A stretch of 64,000 nucleotides of DNA from the human T2T-CHM13v2.0 reference genome, Homo sapiens. Positions 12,761 through 36,329 of the stretch are shown piece by piece. Every line of letters begins with the position of its first letter. Position 1 is the stretch's first letter. Location: the NCBI RefSeq assembly GCF_009914755.1, contig NC_060926.1. The stretch is one strand, 5' to 3'. The position numbers and the translations under genes were made by a program. Below the pieces are notes generated by a model. That model saw only the letters and a program-made list of their open reading frames with translations, was not told the origin of the DNA and made no database searches.

Positions 12761-14841
12761 TTTCTACAATTTGAATTGGTTGGAACCTGTTTTGTGACTT
12801 AAGATATTGTTTATTCTGGTGAATGTTCTATGTATTAATGAAAAGAAACAATGTTATTCTGTAGCAGTTGGATGAAATGTTCTGTAAATGTTAGTTAGGC
12901 CTTTCAGTATGTAGTTTATCTCCATTATTTCCTTTTTGATTTTCTCTCTTAATGATCTCTTCATTTTTAAGAGTGGGGTGATAAAGTCCCCTACTATTAT
13001 TGTATTACAATCTATCTCTCCCTTAAGATCTATTAATGTTTGCTGAATATACTTGGATGTTCCAGTGTTTGGTGCACAGATATTTATAATTGTTATATTT
13101 TCTTGCTGACTTGACTCCTTTATCATTATATAGTGACCTTTTGTCTCCTTTTACAGTCTTTGATACGTAGGCTATTTTATCTCATATAAGTGTAGCCACT
13201 CCTGCTTTTTCTTTGGTTTCCCATTGCATGTAATATCGTTTTCCATCTCTTCACTTTCAGGCAGTATATTTATAGGTGAAGTGTTTTTTTCTGTAGGCAG
13301 CACATAGTTGGGTCTTGGCTGTTTATTCAGCCACTGTATGCCTTTTAATTAGAGAATTGAGTCCATTTACATTGAATGCTGTTAATAAGTAAAGGCTACT
13401 GACATTTTGTTGCTTGTTTTCTGGTTGTTTCATAACTCCTTCTTCCTTTCCTCCCTTCTTCCCTTCTTCCTTTGTGGTTAAGTAATTTTTCTCTGGTAGA
13501 ATGCTTTAATTCATTGATTTTCATATTTAGTGAATTATTGGTTTTTTGCATTGTGGTTATCATGAGACTTGCAAAAAACATAGATGGAAGTTATTTTAAA
13601 GAGAAGACAACTTACCTTACTTATATCAAAAAGAATAGGATAGAAAGAAATAAAAAAAAAATCTACGCTTTAACCCTATTCCCCCACTTTTTGACTTTTA
13701 ATCGTCTCAATTTGCATATTTTTATATTATCTCTCTCTCTTAACAAGTTGCTGTAGCTATTACTGCTTTTGATAGATTTTTCTTTTGGGTTTTGTGTTAG
13801 AGGAATCAGTGAATTGCACACCATGCAGTATTACAGTAATCTGGGTTTGTCTATGTGCTTCATTTTACTGGTAGGTTTTATATCTTCAATTTTTTTGTTG
13901 TTGTTTTCCTTTCAGATTATAGAACTCCCTTTAGCATTTCTTTAAAAATGGGTCTGGTGGTGGTCAATTCTCTCAGCTCTTGTTCGGGGAAGACTTTATC
14001 TCTCCTTCATATTTGAAAGATAACTTTGCTAATTAAAGTGTTCTTGAATGGCAGTTTTTTTCTTTCAACACTCTGAAAATGTTGGTGCACTCTTTCCTTT
14101 CCTGTGTGATTTCCATTGAAAAAAAAAATCTGTTGCCAAAGGAATTGGGGATCCTTTATAAGTTATTTACTTCTTTTCTCTTGCTGCTTTTAGAATTCTC
14201 ACTTTGTCCTTGACCTTTGAGAATCTGATTATTATATTCCTTGGGGTAGTGTTATTTGGGTCAGATCTGTTTGGTGTTCTCTGACCTTCCTATACCCGAA
14301 TGTTTCTTTTGAAGTTTTGTGAAGTTATCTGTTATTATTTCTTTAAATAAGCTTTCTACTTCTTGCTCTTGCTCCATTCACTCTTGAACACCAATAATTC
14401 TTAGATTTTACTTTTTCAGGTAATATTCTATATCTTGTAAGTGTTCTTCATGCTTTTCATTCTTTTTTTTTATTCTTCTGACTGCATTATCCCACAGCCT
14501 GTCTTCAAGATTACAGATTCTTTCCCCTGCTTGATCCATTCTGCTGTTGACAGCCTCTAATGAATTTTGACATTCAGCAAATATATTTCAGTTTCAATAT
14601 TTCTGTTTTATTTTTTAAAAATTATTCTAATCTCTGTGTTTAATTTATCTGATAAATTTCTGAGCTCCTTTTCTGTGTTAACTTGGAGATCATTGAGCTT
14701 TCTTCAAGAGGCTATTTTAAATTGTTGGTCAGAGAGCTCACATTATCACTATGTTGTTAGGTTCCTTGCTTTCGGGAAATCATGGTTCCCTCTTTGCTGT
14801 TGTTTTTTGTGGATGTACATCTATGTCTTTGCATTGAATGA

Positions 14842-15280
<439 letters not shown>

Positions 15281-15579
15281 TTAGCAAAATGAAAACAGCT
15301 GGAGCTCACGCCTCAGGATCCCTCTTCAGAAATTTATTTATAACTGTGCTTTAATTTGTGGCAGTATGTTTCTTTCCCCAAATGTTTATTTTGAGAATAT
15401 TCAAACATACAGAAAAATTGAAGCAGAGTATAATGAATGCCTCATGCTCATCACCGGAGAACATTTTAGAAATGCTATTTTGCATTGCTCTTTATATTTT
15501 TCATTCTCTGTTTCAAGTAGATAGCCAGGCTATTTGTATTTTTACAGCAGGATAAAAGAAAAAGCCTGCTGTGCTTTAA

Positions 15580-15780
15580 AACTGTGCAGCCCAATAAGGT
15601 AGCCACTGGTCACATGAGGCTGTTTAAATTTACATTAAAATTAGATGTAATTAAAAACTGATTTGTTGCACTACCCACATTTTAAATGCTCAGTGGGCAC
15701 ATGTGGCTAGTGGTTACTGAATTGGACAATATAGGTATATAGCATTTTTATCCTCTTAGGAAGTTCTACTGGACACCACT
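15580..15780. mobile_element. hAT MITE, MER3-like
   Basis: GTAGCCACT..CACATGTGGCTAGTGG..ATTGGACA motifs. Diverged. Confidence 0.55.
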
Positions 15781-16142
15781 TTAAAAGACATTTAGGTCTT
15801 TTATAAAAGACTAAATTTGTTAAAGAAATAAATCTGCGTTTCTTGGAGGGCAGGAAGAGATAGAGGAGTACCTCTGAAGCAAGAGAGGGAGGAGCAGTTT
15901 CCACAACTGGGAAAAGGATAAAAGCCGATAGGTCCTGTAATTTTTAGGGATCCAGCTGCTCGTCTGTAGCAGTGCACCCAGAGAAGACAAAATCTCAGAT
16001 AAATGGTTGTGTGGTATGCCCAGGAGAGCTGAATCTAGGACACAAACCTCAAGGGTCCACTTTAATTTGGCAGTAGGGAGTCCACTAGAGGCTCTAATAG
16101 AAGGAAAGGTCAAGAAATTTATCCCATTTTCTGAGCACTGAG

Positions 16143-18723
<2,581 letters not shown>

Positions 18724-19006
18724 CCAAGTAAGCCTGTGGATATGGTTGATTTCTAGAGAGAAAGATATGATACTGAGTAAGAATTAGTTTCTAGGCAGTC
18801 TAGTGTCCGTTTGGGATTTCATCATGAATAAAGAGAAGAAATTTGGCAACTGAGTTTCAAGCTCACTTAAAAACATAATAAAAGTTATCTTTGGAAATTA
18901 TTTTCAACACAGTGTACAAACATATTTACATAAAAAGATAATGTACATATTTGTGGCCACTGGGGGACATTGTTCCCTCATACAAAAGACAAAGAAGATT
19001 TTGAAG

Positions 19007-19466
19007 CAGTGGTTCTCAAACATGAGCATACATCAGAATGACTTGGAGGACATTTCATCTAGACTCTTAGCATTTTTCAAGACTATGATTTACTGTTAAC
19101 TACAGTTAACTTGTTGTAGAACAAATTGTTCTCACGACAAAAATGAAAAGTATGTGAGGTAATGCATATGTTAATTACTAGATCTATTAATTCCACAATG
19201 TATATACACTTGAAAACAATATGTCGTACATGGTAAATACACATAATTTTATATGTCAAGTTAAAAATTAAATAAAATAATAAAGATAATGAACATTTAA
19301 AAAAAATCACTTGAAAGACTTGTTAAAACACAGACTGCTGGACCCCTACCTGTAGAGGTTCTAATTCAGTGGAGATGCTGGGAAGGAGACAAAAATATAA
19401 ATTTTTAACAAGTTCCCATGTGATGCTGTTGCTGTTGGTCTGGGGACCACACTTTGAAAGCCACTG
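19007..19466. mobile_element. MER5A-like MITE split by an L1 3'-end fragment (about 19050-19305)
   Basis: TIRs CAGTGGTTCTCAAA / TTTGAAAGCCACTG. Duplicated AAT(G/C)ACTTG..(G/A)GAC flanks the A-tailed insert. Confidence 0.65.
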
Positions 19467-19849
19467 CTTTAGTAAAACTTTTAAAATATAGTATTAAGAC
19501 TATTTATTGATCAAACTTACTTCACCATGAGAATATTATAATGAACACAAAGAACAGTCTGGATGTACTGATAGGTGGCTTTTATCTGGCATAAGAAGAA
19601 TGTGTGCAATTATTCTATTTTTAGATGGCAATAGTGCTATAGAGCATTATACAAGGTTATAGTTTCTATATAGTTAAAGAGAAGGTGTACAGTGGATGGG
19701 GCACAGCAATGATGTGCAAGATCAAAAAACAGAACCGCTTCTGAGACTAAATTAGCTTAGGTTTAGACAGAGCCTAGTCCCCAAAATATTGGTATAGGAA
19801 AACCTCTCAAGGTGTGTACCTGGGAGACTTCCTGTTCCAAAATGTTTGT

Positions 19850-21040
19850 GTAGACACAGGTTTCCTTCACTCTTCATTCCCCCCACCCCACAAAACCAAA
19901 AGAAATATACAGCCCTGAGATTTCACCAGTGACTTCCAGAAATTCAAATGTGAGGATAAATCAGTTCCTGAGGACATAGAGAAGTAAAAAAATTCTGAGC
20001 AGATGGTAAGAGAATCAAATTTTCATATCCGAAATGCCCCTTCCTAATATCTGCCCTGCACCAATTTGCAGAAAATGTCCCTTGATTCACAGTTTCTGCA
20101 CTGGATAAGGTGAGATCAAGATGAACAACCAGCTTTCCTACCATCTTGGGTTCCCTGGCAGGAGACCTATTCATGCCTCAATCCACAGCAAGTATTGTGA
20201 GTGTCTGGAAGGAGAGAACAGCCAGAGACAAGGAGAGAAGGTGGAACTACCATTCTTAGTGCTTGAAACTCTACTCTGTACTTAGGCCAAAGGAGATGCT
20301 TTGGAGGTACATGTGGCTGCTCACCAGCACCATGCTGTAGGAGGTACATGTCACAGGTCCCCTGAGCACAAATCCCCAGCCAGCCTTTTTATACGACCAG
20401 GATATCCCCTTTCAAATCTCCCACTGCAGATGGGCAGTGCTCTGATTGTTTGCTAGTGCAAAGGCAAACCTGAGTTTAAGGTGCCATCTAGTCCTGAAAG
20501 GAGGAAGTGACCAAGTGAGAAAAAAGTATAAGATATTGAACAGGTAATTTAAGAAGAATCTCTAAGTTAACATCCCATCCCCAATTAAAACCAAAACAAG
20601 CCAGACAGAGAAGACTAAAGTAATCCTTTAATGCAAAGACGTAAATATACATCCACAAGAAACAACAGGAAACAGGAAACCATGAACAACACAAATGGAC
20701 AATGTAAAGAACCAGTGATTGACCCTAATGAGATGACAGTACATCAAATACCTGACCAAGACCTCAAAATAATAGTTTTAAGGAAACTCACTGGTATCTA
20801 AGATAACACAGAAAGGGAACTCAGAAATTTATCAGAGAAATTAAACATGGAGGTTGAAATAAAAAAAAAGCCAGCAGAAATCTTGGAACTGAGAAATATA
20901 TCTGCTGAGCTCAAAAATTTACTGCAGGCTCTCAACAGCTGAATGGATTAAACAGAGGAAAGAATCAGTGAACTAAAAGACAGGCTATATGAAATCACGA
21001 GGAAAAAAAAATGAAAAGCAAGATAGAGAATATTACACAG
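19850..21040 (+). mobile_element. Old L1 5' UTR and ORF1 start (L1MA/L1M-like)
   Basis: Inverted homology to 14560-14930: both yield a CCFLWMYIYVFAL antisense peptide. ORF1 coiled-coil-like sequence. Left edge approximate. Confidence 0.7.
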
Positions 21041-27458
<6,418 letters not shown>

Positions 27459-28205
27459 CCATGCCTGTTAGAATGGCTTTTATAAAAAAGATAGGGAATA
27501 ATAGATGCTGGTGAGATGTGGAGAAAGAACCTTTTATACCATTGGTGGGAATGTAAATCAGTATAGCCATTATGGAAAACAGGATGGAAGTTCTTGAAGA
27601 AACTACAAGTGGAACTACCATATGATTCATTGATACCACCATTGAGTATATATCCAAAAGAAAGGAAATAAATGTATCAAAAAATATCTGCAACCCTGTT
27701 TATTTCAGCACTATTCACAATAGCCAAAATATGGAATCAACCTAAGTCTCTATCAACAGATGAATGGATAAAGAAAATGGATCTGGAGATCATCATACTA
27801 AGTGAAATGAGCAAAGAGCAGAAAGAAATATTGCATGTTCTTACTCATATGTGGGAGCTGAAAAAGTGGGTCTCATGGGGTAGAGAGTAGATTGGTGGTT
27901 ACCAGATGCTAGAAGGGTAGAGGGAAGTAGGGAATGAAGAGAGGTTGATTCATGAGTACATATGTACAATTAGATAGAAGAAATAAGACCTGATGTTCAA
28001 TAGATCAGTAGGTTGACTATAGTTAACATTAATAGAATGCATATTTCAAAACAGCTAAAAAGAAATAATTTGAATGCCCTAGAATAAAGAAAGGTAAACA
28101 TTTAAGATGAAGGATATCTCAGTTACCCTGATTTGGTTATATGAGTGTAGCAAATTTTTACATGTATGACTAAAATAGGTACAGCTATTATGTATAAAGA
28201 AAAAA
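27459..28205 (+). mobile_element. Old L1 (L1MA-like) ORF2 end and 3' UTR
   Basis: A second ORF2 C-terminal copy (LFISALFTIAKIWNQPK). The 3' UTR is homologous to the reverse complement of 8626-9500. Confidence 0.8.
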
Positions 28206-29148
28206 GATGTGTACTTGAATATGGCAGGCCTTAAAATTCAGTAATTTATTTCCAAATTGTTATTCAGACAGTATCAAGGAGTCTATATTTGTCAGGATAA
28301 TCTAGAGTTAGATCCTATTTTAGAGTTTAATTAGAGGCTGAAACGTGAGCTTCCTGATGACATACGCACAGCCTTGAAGGGCAGAGTAGAGGAAAATCAC
28401 CTTTCGCAGGTTCCTATCATCTTCCACAAATTCCTAAGAATTGGATGCTCTTCTATAATATTGGTATCCTTTTTCCTCTCATAGTTATAATACCAAAATC
28501 ACTGCATAGACGGAAGTTATACCTTGTCAGGAGAAACCCTTTGTATATTGTCTTAAAAGTCTATAAAATTAATGTGAGGTTTACTTGATTCACTATGTTA
28601 GTTATGATAATTGTTTTATGCCACTAGAAATCGTTTTTACTCTCTGAAAAATAATGTTTCAAAACGAAAATGGACCTTGAAAGATTTTATCTTTCAAATT
28701 CTTCATTTTGTAAATGAGAACTCAGTGTTCAACAAAGTTAAATAATTAGCTCAAGGTCTTAGCAATTTTATTAGACTAACAGTATTTCTGGTTTTCTGAA
28801 AGAGTGATTGAGAAACAGTAGCTTAGGAAGTTTGAAAAATTAAGTAAATGTTTTTGATCCAGTTTTACATATACTTACAACTCATGAAAAAATATGAACT
28901 AAGTTTTAGTAGTGTTTATCTTTGGGCTTCTCATTTCCTACTATGTAAATTTCATAGTCTTGTTTTGTTACAACAATCAAGACTAATTTCTATTTCAGAA
29001 ATATCTTTTGCAATCTCTTTGAATGTTTTAAAATAAAACCTCTACTGCTTAATAAGATTAACTTCTTTTAACTATAATTGTTCACAGATAATTAATGTTT
29101 TTTATTTATTAATTCAAATGATAAGAAAGAATTGAGTAACATCAAATG

Positions 29149-29230
29149 TGCTAATAGTGTTTGCCATATGCTATAGGCTGAATGTTTATTGCTAATAGCA
29201 TTTGCCATATTCTATAGACTGAATGTTTAT
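29149..29230. repeat. 41-bp tandem duplication spanning a MaLR LTR junction
   Basis: TGCTAATAG..TTTGCCATAT.CTATAG.CTGAATGTTTAT occurs twice. Confidence 0.85.
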
Positions 29231-29705
29231 ATCTCCCCCGAATTCATATATTGAAATCCTAACCTCCCATATGATGGTATCTGAGGGTGGATCTTAGGGA
29301 GGTGATTAGGTATGATAGCAGAGCCCTCATGACTAAGATTAGTGTCCCTATAAAAGTGCCCAAACATCTCCCTCACTCCTTCTGTCATGTGCGGACTCAG
29401 TAAGAAGACCATTGTCTACAAACAAGGAAATAGGCCTTCTCGAGACATCAAATCTCCTGTGGCCTTGATCATGTACTTCCAGCCTCCAGAACTTTGAGAA
29501 ATAAATTTCTGTTGTTTTTAAGCCACCCAGTCTATGGTATTTGTCGTAGCAATCTGAATGAACTAAGGCAGAAATTGATACCAAAAAGTGGGAGTGCTGT
29601 TATAATAAATACCTAAAAATGTGGAAGCAGTGTTGGAACTGGGTAATGGGTGAAGGAGGCTGGAAGAGTTTTAAGGTGCATGCTATAAAAAAGTCTACAT
29701 TACTG
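29210..29705 (+). mobile_element. MaLR LTR (MST/MLT1A-like) plus the start of its internal sequence
   Basis: TCCAGCCTCCAGAACT..GAGAAATAAATTTCTGTTG..AAGCCACCCAGTCTATGG, followed by internal-type TACCTAAAAATGTGGAAG. Confidence 0.75.
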
Positions 29706-31179
29706 TGAAAAGGGAATGTCATAAAATTCTAAGACAAACCTGACTAGTTTCATACTAAATTTAATACTATTAATGCCTAATGAATTTTATTCTAGCAAAT
29801 CATAACATATAATAAATAGAAGAAGCTCTGCTGTAATAATGTCATTCCTCATTCTCTTCTCTGAGAGAAATATTCCTAGATACTTTAACCATTCCCCATA
29901 AATCCTATTATCCACCTTCTTACATATTTATACATTCACAATCTTATGGTTACTACATTTTGCTCTAGCATTTCACCTGTCTCAGGTTATCGATCAGTAT
30001 AACTCAATAGACGTTTCCCTTAGGTAGGGCAAATGGCTGCACTTATGACTAAGTCTGATCAAAGGCACAATTTGTTTGCCTTTAGAAATTTTTGTTTTCC
30101 ATGACTGCAAGAAATACTGCTGAACAAGACATTTCTTCATCATCCTTGATGAAAGATGAACATTAATAATGCAGATAGAAATCAGGCCAAGTAATGTTGA
30201 AGAGAAAACAAGGTCCAGTAGCACTACTTCCTTTTAGAAGATAAGAATAAACAGATTTAAAATGGCAAGCTCAATAATTTTACCCTAACAAAAAATGAGG
30301 TGAGTACTATATAACCCTTAAATTCTGAAGAGTTTAAAATCAATTTATGTACTCGTATCTTGAAAATATTTGTGTATAAACATATCTATACTTATCTACA
30401 TCTATGACTATTTCTTTACAGGTATGGTATGCACTCTTATGCATGTAACATATGCTCTTTTAAATATGAGTCATATGTATCCAATATTACTGTAATATAC
30501 CAAGGTCAACTTTCATTTGTAAGTTTTGTGATATCTTATTCTTTTATGTATCTTCTATATAATGGAAGCCCTCTGATATTCTGTATAAGTAAAGAAAAAA
30601 GATTTTAGAGGCATAAAAACTTAAAAAAAAACTAAAGCAATACTAACATTTAATTCAATTGCTCATTTACTAAATACTTACTCATCATTTTGTGTATGCC
30701 AAGCACTATAGAAGTTCATTTCTGCCTATCAGGCAGATGGTATATGTTTTCTTGTGGCAGCGTAGAAGTAAGGGTGATAAAAGGGGGAAACCTACATTCC
30801 CACATATACATAATGGTGGATTAGTAACCTTCTGTCCTGATGTGCCTGTAAGAGTCCTGGATTGTGCCTGTTTTAGCACAATTATTAATATTGTCCTCTT
30901 TCACTCTCAGAAGTGTTTGGGTTTGAGTATCTGGGTACATGTCCAAACCCTGACACTTTTGAATGAATCCCACAGAGATTCATAGGAGAAAAAATTCTTT
31001 TCCAGTAATAAGAAACAAAGAAGCTGTCTCCGAATCCTGAAGAATGGGCTTGCTTTCACTGGGTAGAAAGAAAGAAGATATTCAAGGCTTATGTCTCATC
31101 ATTGCTTGTGTTTTCCCAGTAGCTTCCTAAACTTTGTCCCTGATTTCTGTTTCTTTTGTTTTTTTGTTATCAGCAGTTG

Positions 31180-32160
31180 CTTTTATTTATTTTATTTATT
31201 TATTATTTCCATTGCTTTAGTGGTACAAGGTTTTTTTGTTGTTGTTGCATGAGTGAACTGTATAATGGTGAAGTCTGAGCTTTTAATGTAGTGATGTAGT
31301 GATGAATAGTGTACATTGTACCCAATAGGTGATTTTTTATTCCTCATCTCCCTCTCCCCCTCCCTACTTCTGAATCTCCAGTGTCCATTATAGCACTCTT
31401 TATGGCTTTGCATACCCATGGCTTAGCTCCCACTTGTAAGGGAGAACATGTGGTATTTGGTTTTCTATTCCTGAGTTACTTCACTTAGGATAATGACCAG
31501 TTCTATCCTAGTTGCTGCAAACATGTTTCATTCATTTTTATGGCTGAGTAGTATTCTGCCATAAATAACTACTGTTCAGTCTTCAAGCTTGTCCCGCCTA
31601 ACTTTATTGTTCTTGTTGTTCTGTTTTGTTTTGTTTTAGACTTTAGCAGCCTGAAGCCATGACTTTTAGTTTCTGTCCCTAGTGATAAGCAGAAAAGGGA
31701 GATGAGCAAGGGGCTTTACTGACCCAAACAGAAATAGAAACTAAGAACCCATGACTGCATTGTCTACCTTGGACACCCCTGATTTTCTTTATCCACTCTT
31801 CAGTTGATGGACACTTATGTAGATTCCATATCTTTGCAATTGTGAACTGGGCTGTGATAAACCTACAAATACAGGTGTCTTTTTGATATAATAACTTATT
31901 TTCCTTTAAGTAGATACCCAGTAGGGGGATTGCTAGATAGAATGTTAGATCTCTTTTAGTTCTTTGAGAAATCTCCATACTGTTTTCCAAAGAGGAAACA
32001 TAAATGGTACATAAATAGTACATAAATTGTGCTAATTTACTTTCCCACCAACAGTGTATAAGCCTTTCCTTTTCACTGTACCTCACCAACATTTATTGCT
32101 TTTTTACCAATGTCATTTTTCCTAGAATTAGACAAAACAATTATAAAATTCACATTGAAT
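31180..32160 (-). mobile_element. L1 3' fragment (L1PB/L1MA-like)
   Basis: Minus-strand ORF2 C-terminus ([16 protein letters not shown]) and a (TTTA)n tail. Confidence 0.8.
31584..31781 (-). mobile_element. hAT-Charlie MITE with MER30/MER107-like termini, nested in L1
   Basis: Minus strand begins CAGGGGTGTCCAA and ends GGACAAGCTTG. Confidence 0.6.
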
Positions 32161-32682
32161 GTTTCCTTTGTCTTGAAGTCAAAATCTACTCTCACCGACT
32201 TTTGCTTCTTTTACAATTTCTAAATGGGTCTTCATCACCAAGGCCCCCACCCTGCATTTAAAGCCCTTTATCATCTGAGTCCTGCTTGTCTCTCAGTCAC
32301 TGTCATTGCTCCTTTTTCACATTAGCAACAGTGAACTCTTAAAAATGCTCTGAACTGTCCTTGTGTTTCTCATTTTCATATGTGTCTTTAATTGTCATCA
32401 TTAAAACAAAGACTTATGTAGTAATTATATGCCTGGAACTGTTGATCTGAAAGCTTTACTTCCGTTAACTCATTTAGTCCTCATAAGAATTATTATTACC
32501 ATTTTTACAGATGATGAAATTGAGGCAATGAGAGGCCAAGAAACTTTTGTAATATCAGTATAGCTGATATTTGGATCCAGGCAATCTGACTCTAGAGCCT
32601 GTGGTTTTGGCCATTGGTCTGATATTTTTGCTGTCCTGGCTGCCCTACCCCGCTTATTCTTCAAAACCCAGATCAGAAGTTA

Positions 32683-33024
<342 letters not shown>

Positions 33025-33352
33025 TCACATAGCATTACTCATTTGTTCTTCAATATATCCTGTAATTGTACTTATTTCTTTTGCCGAATTAGAAAGATAA
33101 CTTGAACAATAACAGATATGGGGAAAGCTGGTTGACTTCTGGCTAGTTTTGTTGATGGCTGATAGGGATAGACTATAAAGGGACTAGTTTTGGACATATT
33201 AAGTTGAAGGTGATAGCTGAATATGCAAGTACAAAAGTCCAACAGACGTGTGGAGATGCAGCACCAACTCAGCAAAAAGGCTGCTGCTGCACTACAAATC
33301 TAAAAGGAGAGAAAATATTGATAGAGAGTAAAGGCAAAGAATCAAAGATACA

Positions 33353-33675
33353 GGCCAGGCGCGGTGACTTAACGCCTGTAATCCCAGTACTTTGGGAGGC
33401 GGGGCGGGTGGATCACGAGGTCAGGAGATCGAGACCATCCTGGCCAAAATGGTGAAACCCCGTTTCTATTAAAAAATACAAAAAATTAGCTGGGTGTGGT
33501 GGCGTGAACCTGTAGTCCCAGCTACTCAGGAGGCTGAGGCAGGGGAATCGCTTGAACCAGGGAGGTGGAGGTCGCAGTGAGAGGAGGTTGTGCCACTGCC
33601 TGGCGACAGAGTGAGACTACATCTCAACAACAACAACAACACAAAAAAGAAGAAAGAAAGAAAGAAAAGAAAAAG
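33353..33675 (+). mobile_element. Alu (AluSc-like) with a (CAA)n/(GAAA)n tail
   Basis: Full consensus. TSD AAAGAATCAAAGATACA on both sides. Confidence 0.92.
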
Positions 33676-34796
33676 AATCAAAGATACACTAAGAGGCCTA
33701 GGGTACTCTAGTTTTATGGAAGACACAGTAAGATGCAATTTAAAGAGGGAGGAGGTGATGATCATCATCATCACTGAATTCTAAAAATCTGCCAGATACG
33801 ATGAAGCCTGAATAAAGATCAAATTTAGCTAATTTAGAGTGGTAAAAGTAGGAGCCAGGTTTGAGACCATGAAGGAGAGAGAGAAGGTGCTCTGGAAGAA
33901 TAAGATTCAGCATTGGGCTGGTATTTGAATTTGTTTGAGTCACAATTTATTTCAAACAGCTTGAAGAAGAAAAATAAGACTTGTATCTCAATGGTTTCCA
34001 ACAAAATATACACATGCATAATGGCAAGTTTAATTAACACAGGGGTAGTCAGTTCATAACAACTTAGGGGAAAAATTAAACTTTCTATAACAATACTTTT
34101 TTCATGATGAATTTATCCTTAAATTTTTTTTTTTACAAATTTATTTTAGGGACTTTCTGGTCTCCATATTCTCATAAATAAAAGTTGCATTCCATGAGGA
34201 GAAAACAAAAAAACCCATCACAGTGAACAATTGAATTGCTCCGTGGACATCATGCCTTTCTAAGCAAGCATTGAATATAGGAGATGTATTTATGATAACC
34301 AGAGACAGAGTATGTATAGCTTGGCTCCATAGGGGTGGTGTTCTCGGTTCCTATGTCTACCTTTTGTATTTTCCAGCCCTTCCCTCATAATGTTACTGGG
34401 AAAGTTAACAGCTAGCATAACATTTTGAAAACCCAAAGTGTTTATATCAACAAGATTATTCACAGTCAAATTTTCCCATAAATATCACTGGGACCTATAT
34501 TTCTTTTAATTTTAACCAAGAGTGAAGGTAGTGAGTATAGAGCCCTGGCTTTAGAAACTAACCTTTAAAAATAATGAGATAATGACACAGTGAATAAAGA
34601 TGCATCAGGGTTGAGCAAAGTTATTTTTTAAGATTAGAAAAACTGATTTTGAAAATGCAAAGGCAGACAAAAAGGATCAGTCAAGAGGGAAAGAATAAAG
34701 ATAGAAGAGAAGTAGAACAAGTCATGGAGCAAGGTATCTGAGAATGTAGAAATGAATGGGAAAAATTGATCTCTGAAAAGATATAAAAGTATGGAT

Positions 34797-35000
34797 TGAA
34801 GGAAGGAAGGAAGGAGAGGGAGAGAGGAAGGAAGGGAGAGAGGGAGGAAGGGAGAAAGGGAAAGGTAGGAGGGGGAGGTAAAGTAAGAAAAAGGAAGGAA
34901 AAAGGAAGAGAATGGAAGGAAAGAAAAAGGAAGGAAAAAGGAAGAGAATGGAAGGAAAGAAAAAGGAAGGGAAGGGAAGGAAAAGGGAAGGGAAAAGGGA
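34797..35000. repeat. Polypurine GA-rich low-complexity tract
   Basis: About 200 bp of nearly pure G/A, with an internal exact repeat of AAGAAAAAGGAAGGAAAAAGGAAGAGAATGGAAGGA. Confidence 0.9.
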
Positions 35001-36329
35001 CTTAGATATTTTTCACTGGATAGGAAAGAAATTGAGGAAGTTTATAATGATGTCCTCTTGCTTGTTGCTGAGGTGAGGGGCTGAGTTATCTGCAAATATG
35101 AGGAGTGTTCTAACGGAATGATAAAGGACTCAAGCAGTTGAGTAAAATCAATTGATATTGCAAATTATCCACTTGTGATTTTAAGAATTTCTTGGTGATG
35201 CAATTTTCCCATCTATACTTGATTGTCTAGAGTATTTTCCTCCTCTAGTGCCTTTGCTGCCACACTGATTAAATCAATATTGATTGACAACCTCAGTGGG
35301 ATATTTCCATGTGCCAGGAAGAATAGTACTATCAGCAGTACCCAATTCATGGTGGTTTAGAAACACATTTATTTTCTTATATAATAAGAAATTCCAGTGC
35401 ACACATGAAGAATATGCAATTACCAGACATATTTGCTGTCTTTAGTGCGACAAGTTTATATAGTTCGAGTGTCTGGGCTTTGTGATACAGATATACAAAC
35501 ATACAAACTTATGCAGTAGAGTTGTCTGTCCCAATGGTTACTAGACTTTTGGATTTCATGCACCAGTAAAATACAAATGGGAGGACCGACACCAGGTTGC
35601 CAATTTTCCACTTGGCTAAATAAAATATTAAAACCAATGACCCATTATCACGTATTCTCACCATCATTTCCAAAGAACATTTAAACATTAAATGGTATTA
35701 GTCTTTAGAAAATAATCTAAAAGATACAATTTCAGGATAAAGGTCTTTAACTTGGATATGTTCAGCTTTATAAATATTTATGGCATTATTCTTAATTTTC
35801 TGGCTTAACTATAGACATATGAAAACCTTGTCATAAGGGTGCTGCTCTGTGGAGCTGTGTTTGGAATTACTATTTATACCCACAGTGTCTGGTCCCCAGC
35901 TTAAACAGCAAAGTGCCACCTTCTGTTATCCAAATCAGATCTGTTTAGCATCAAATACTGGGGTCTTAACCACTATGCCGCAGATCTTTTCTAAAATATT
36001 CTTATTTTAATTAAACAGTGATTATTATGAAGAACAAGGAATGTAATCATTTCTGTGACTTTTCAGGAAGATTACTGCTAGGAAATGAGAATAGTAGTTA
36101 AAAAACCAGTATATATTGAATTAATTACCAACAGTAGATCTAATTTTGAAGGTAGAAATTATAAAGTCCAGGGCATACAAAATATGATAGTGTGAACACG
36201 CAGACATAGGCACTTCAGTAACACACAGCAAAAAAAAAAAAAAAAATCCTCCCCTTTCTAAAGACACACACACATCTATACTTTTATCTATGTCTGTTTA
36301 CATACATACATATATATATAAATGTAACT

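Noticed and set aside
34796-35005. K/G/R/E-rich ORF
   Set aside because: Translation of the polypurine tract.
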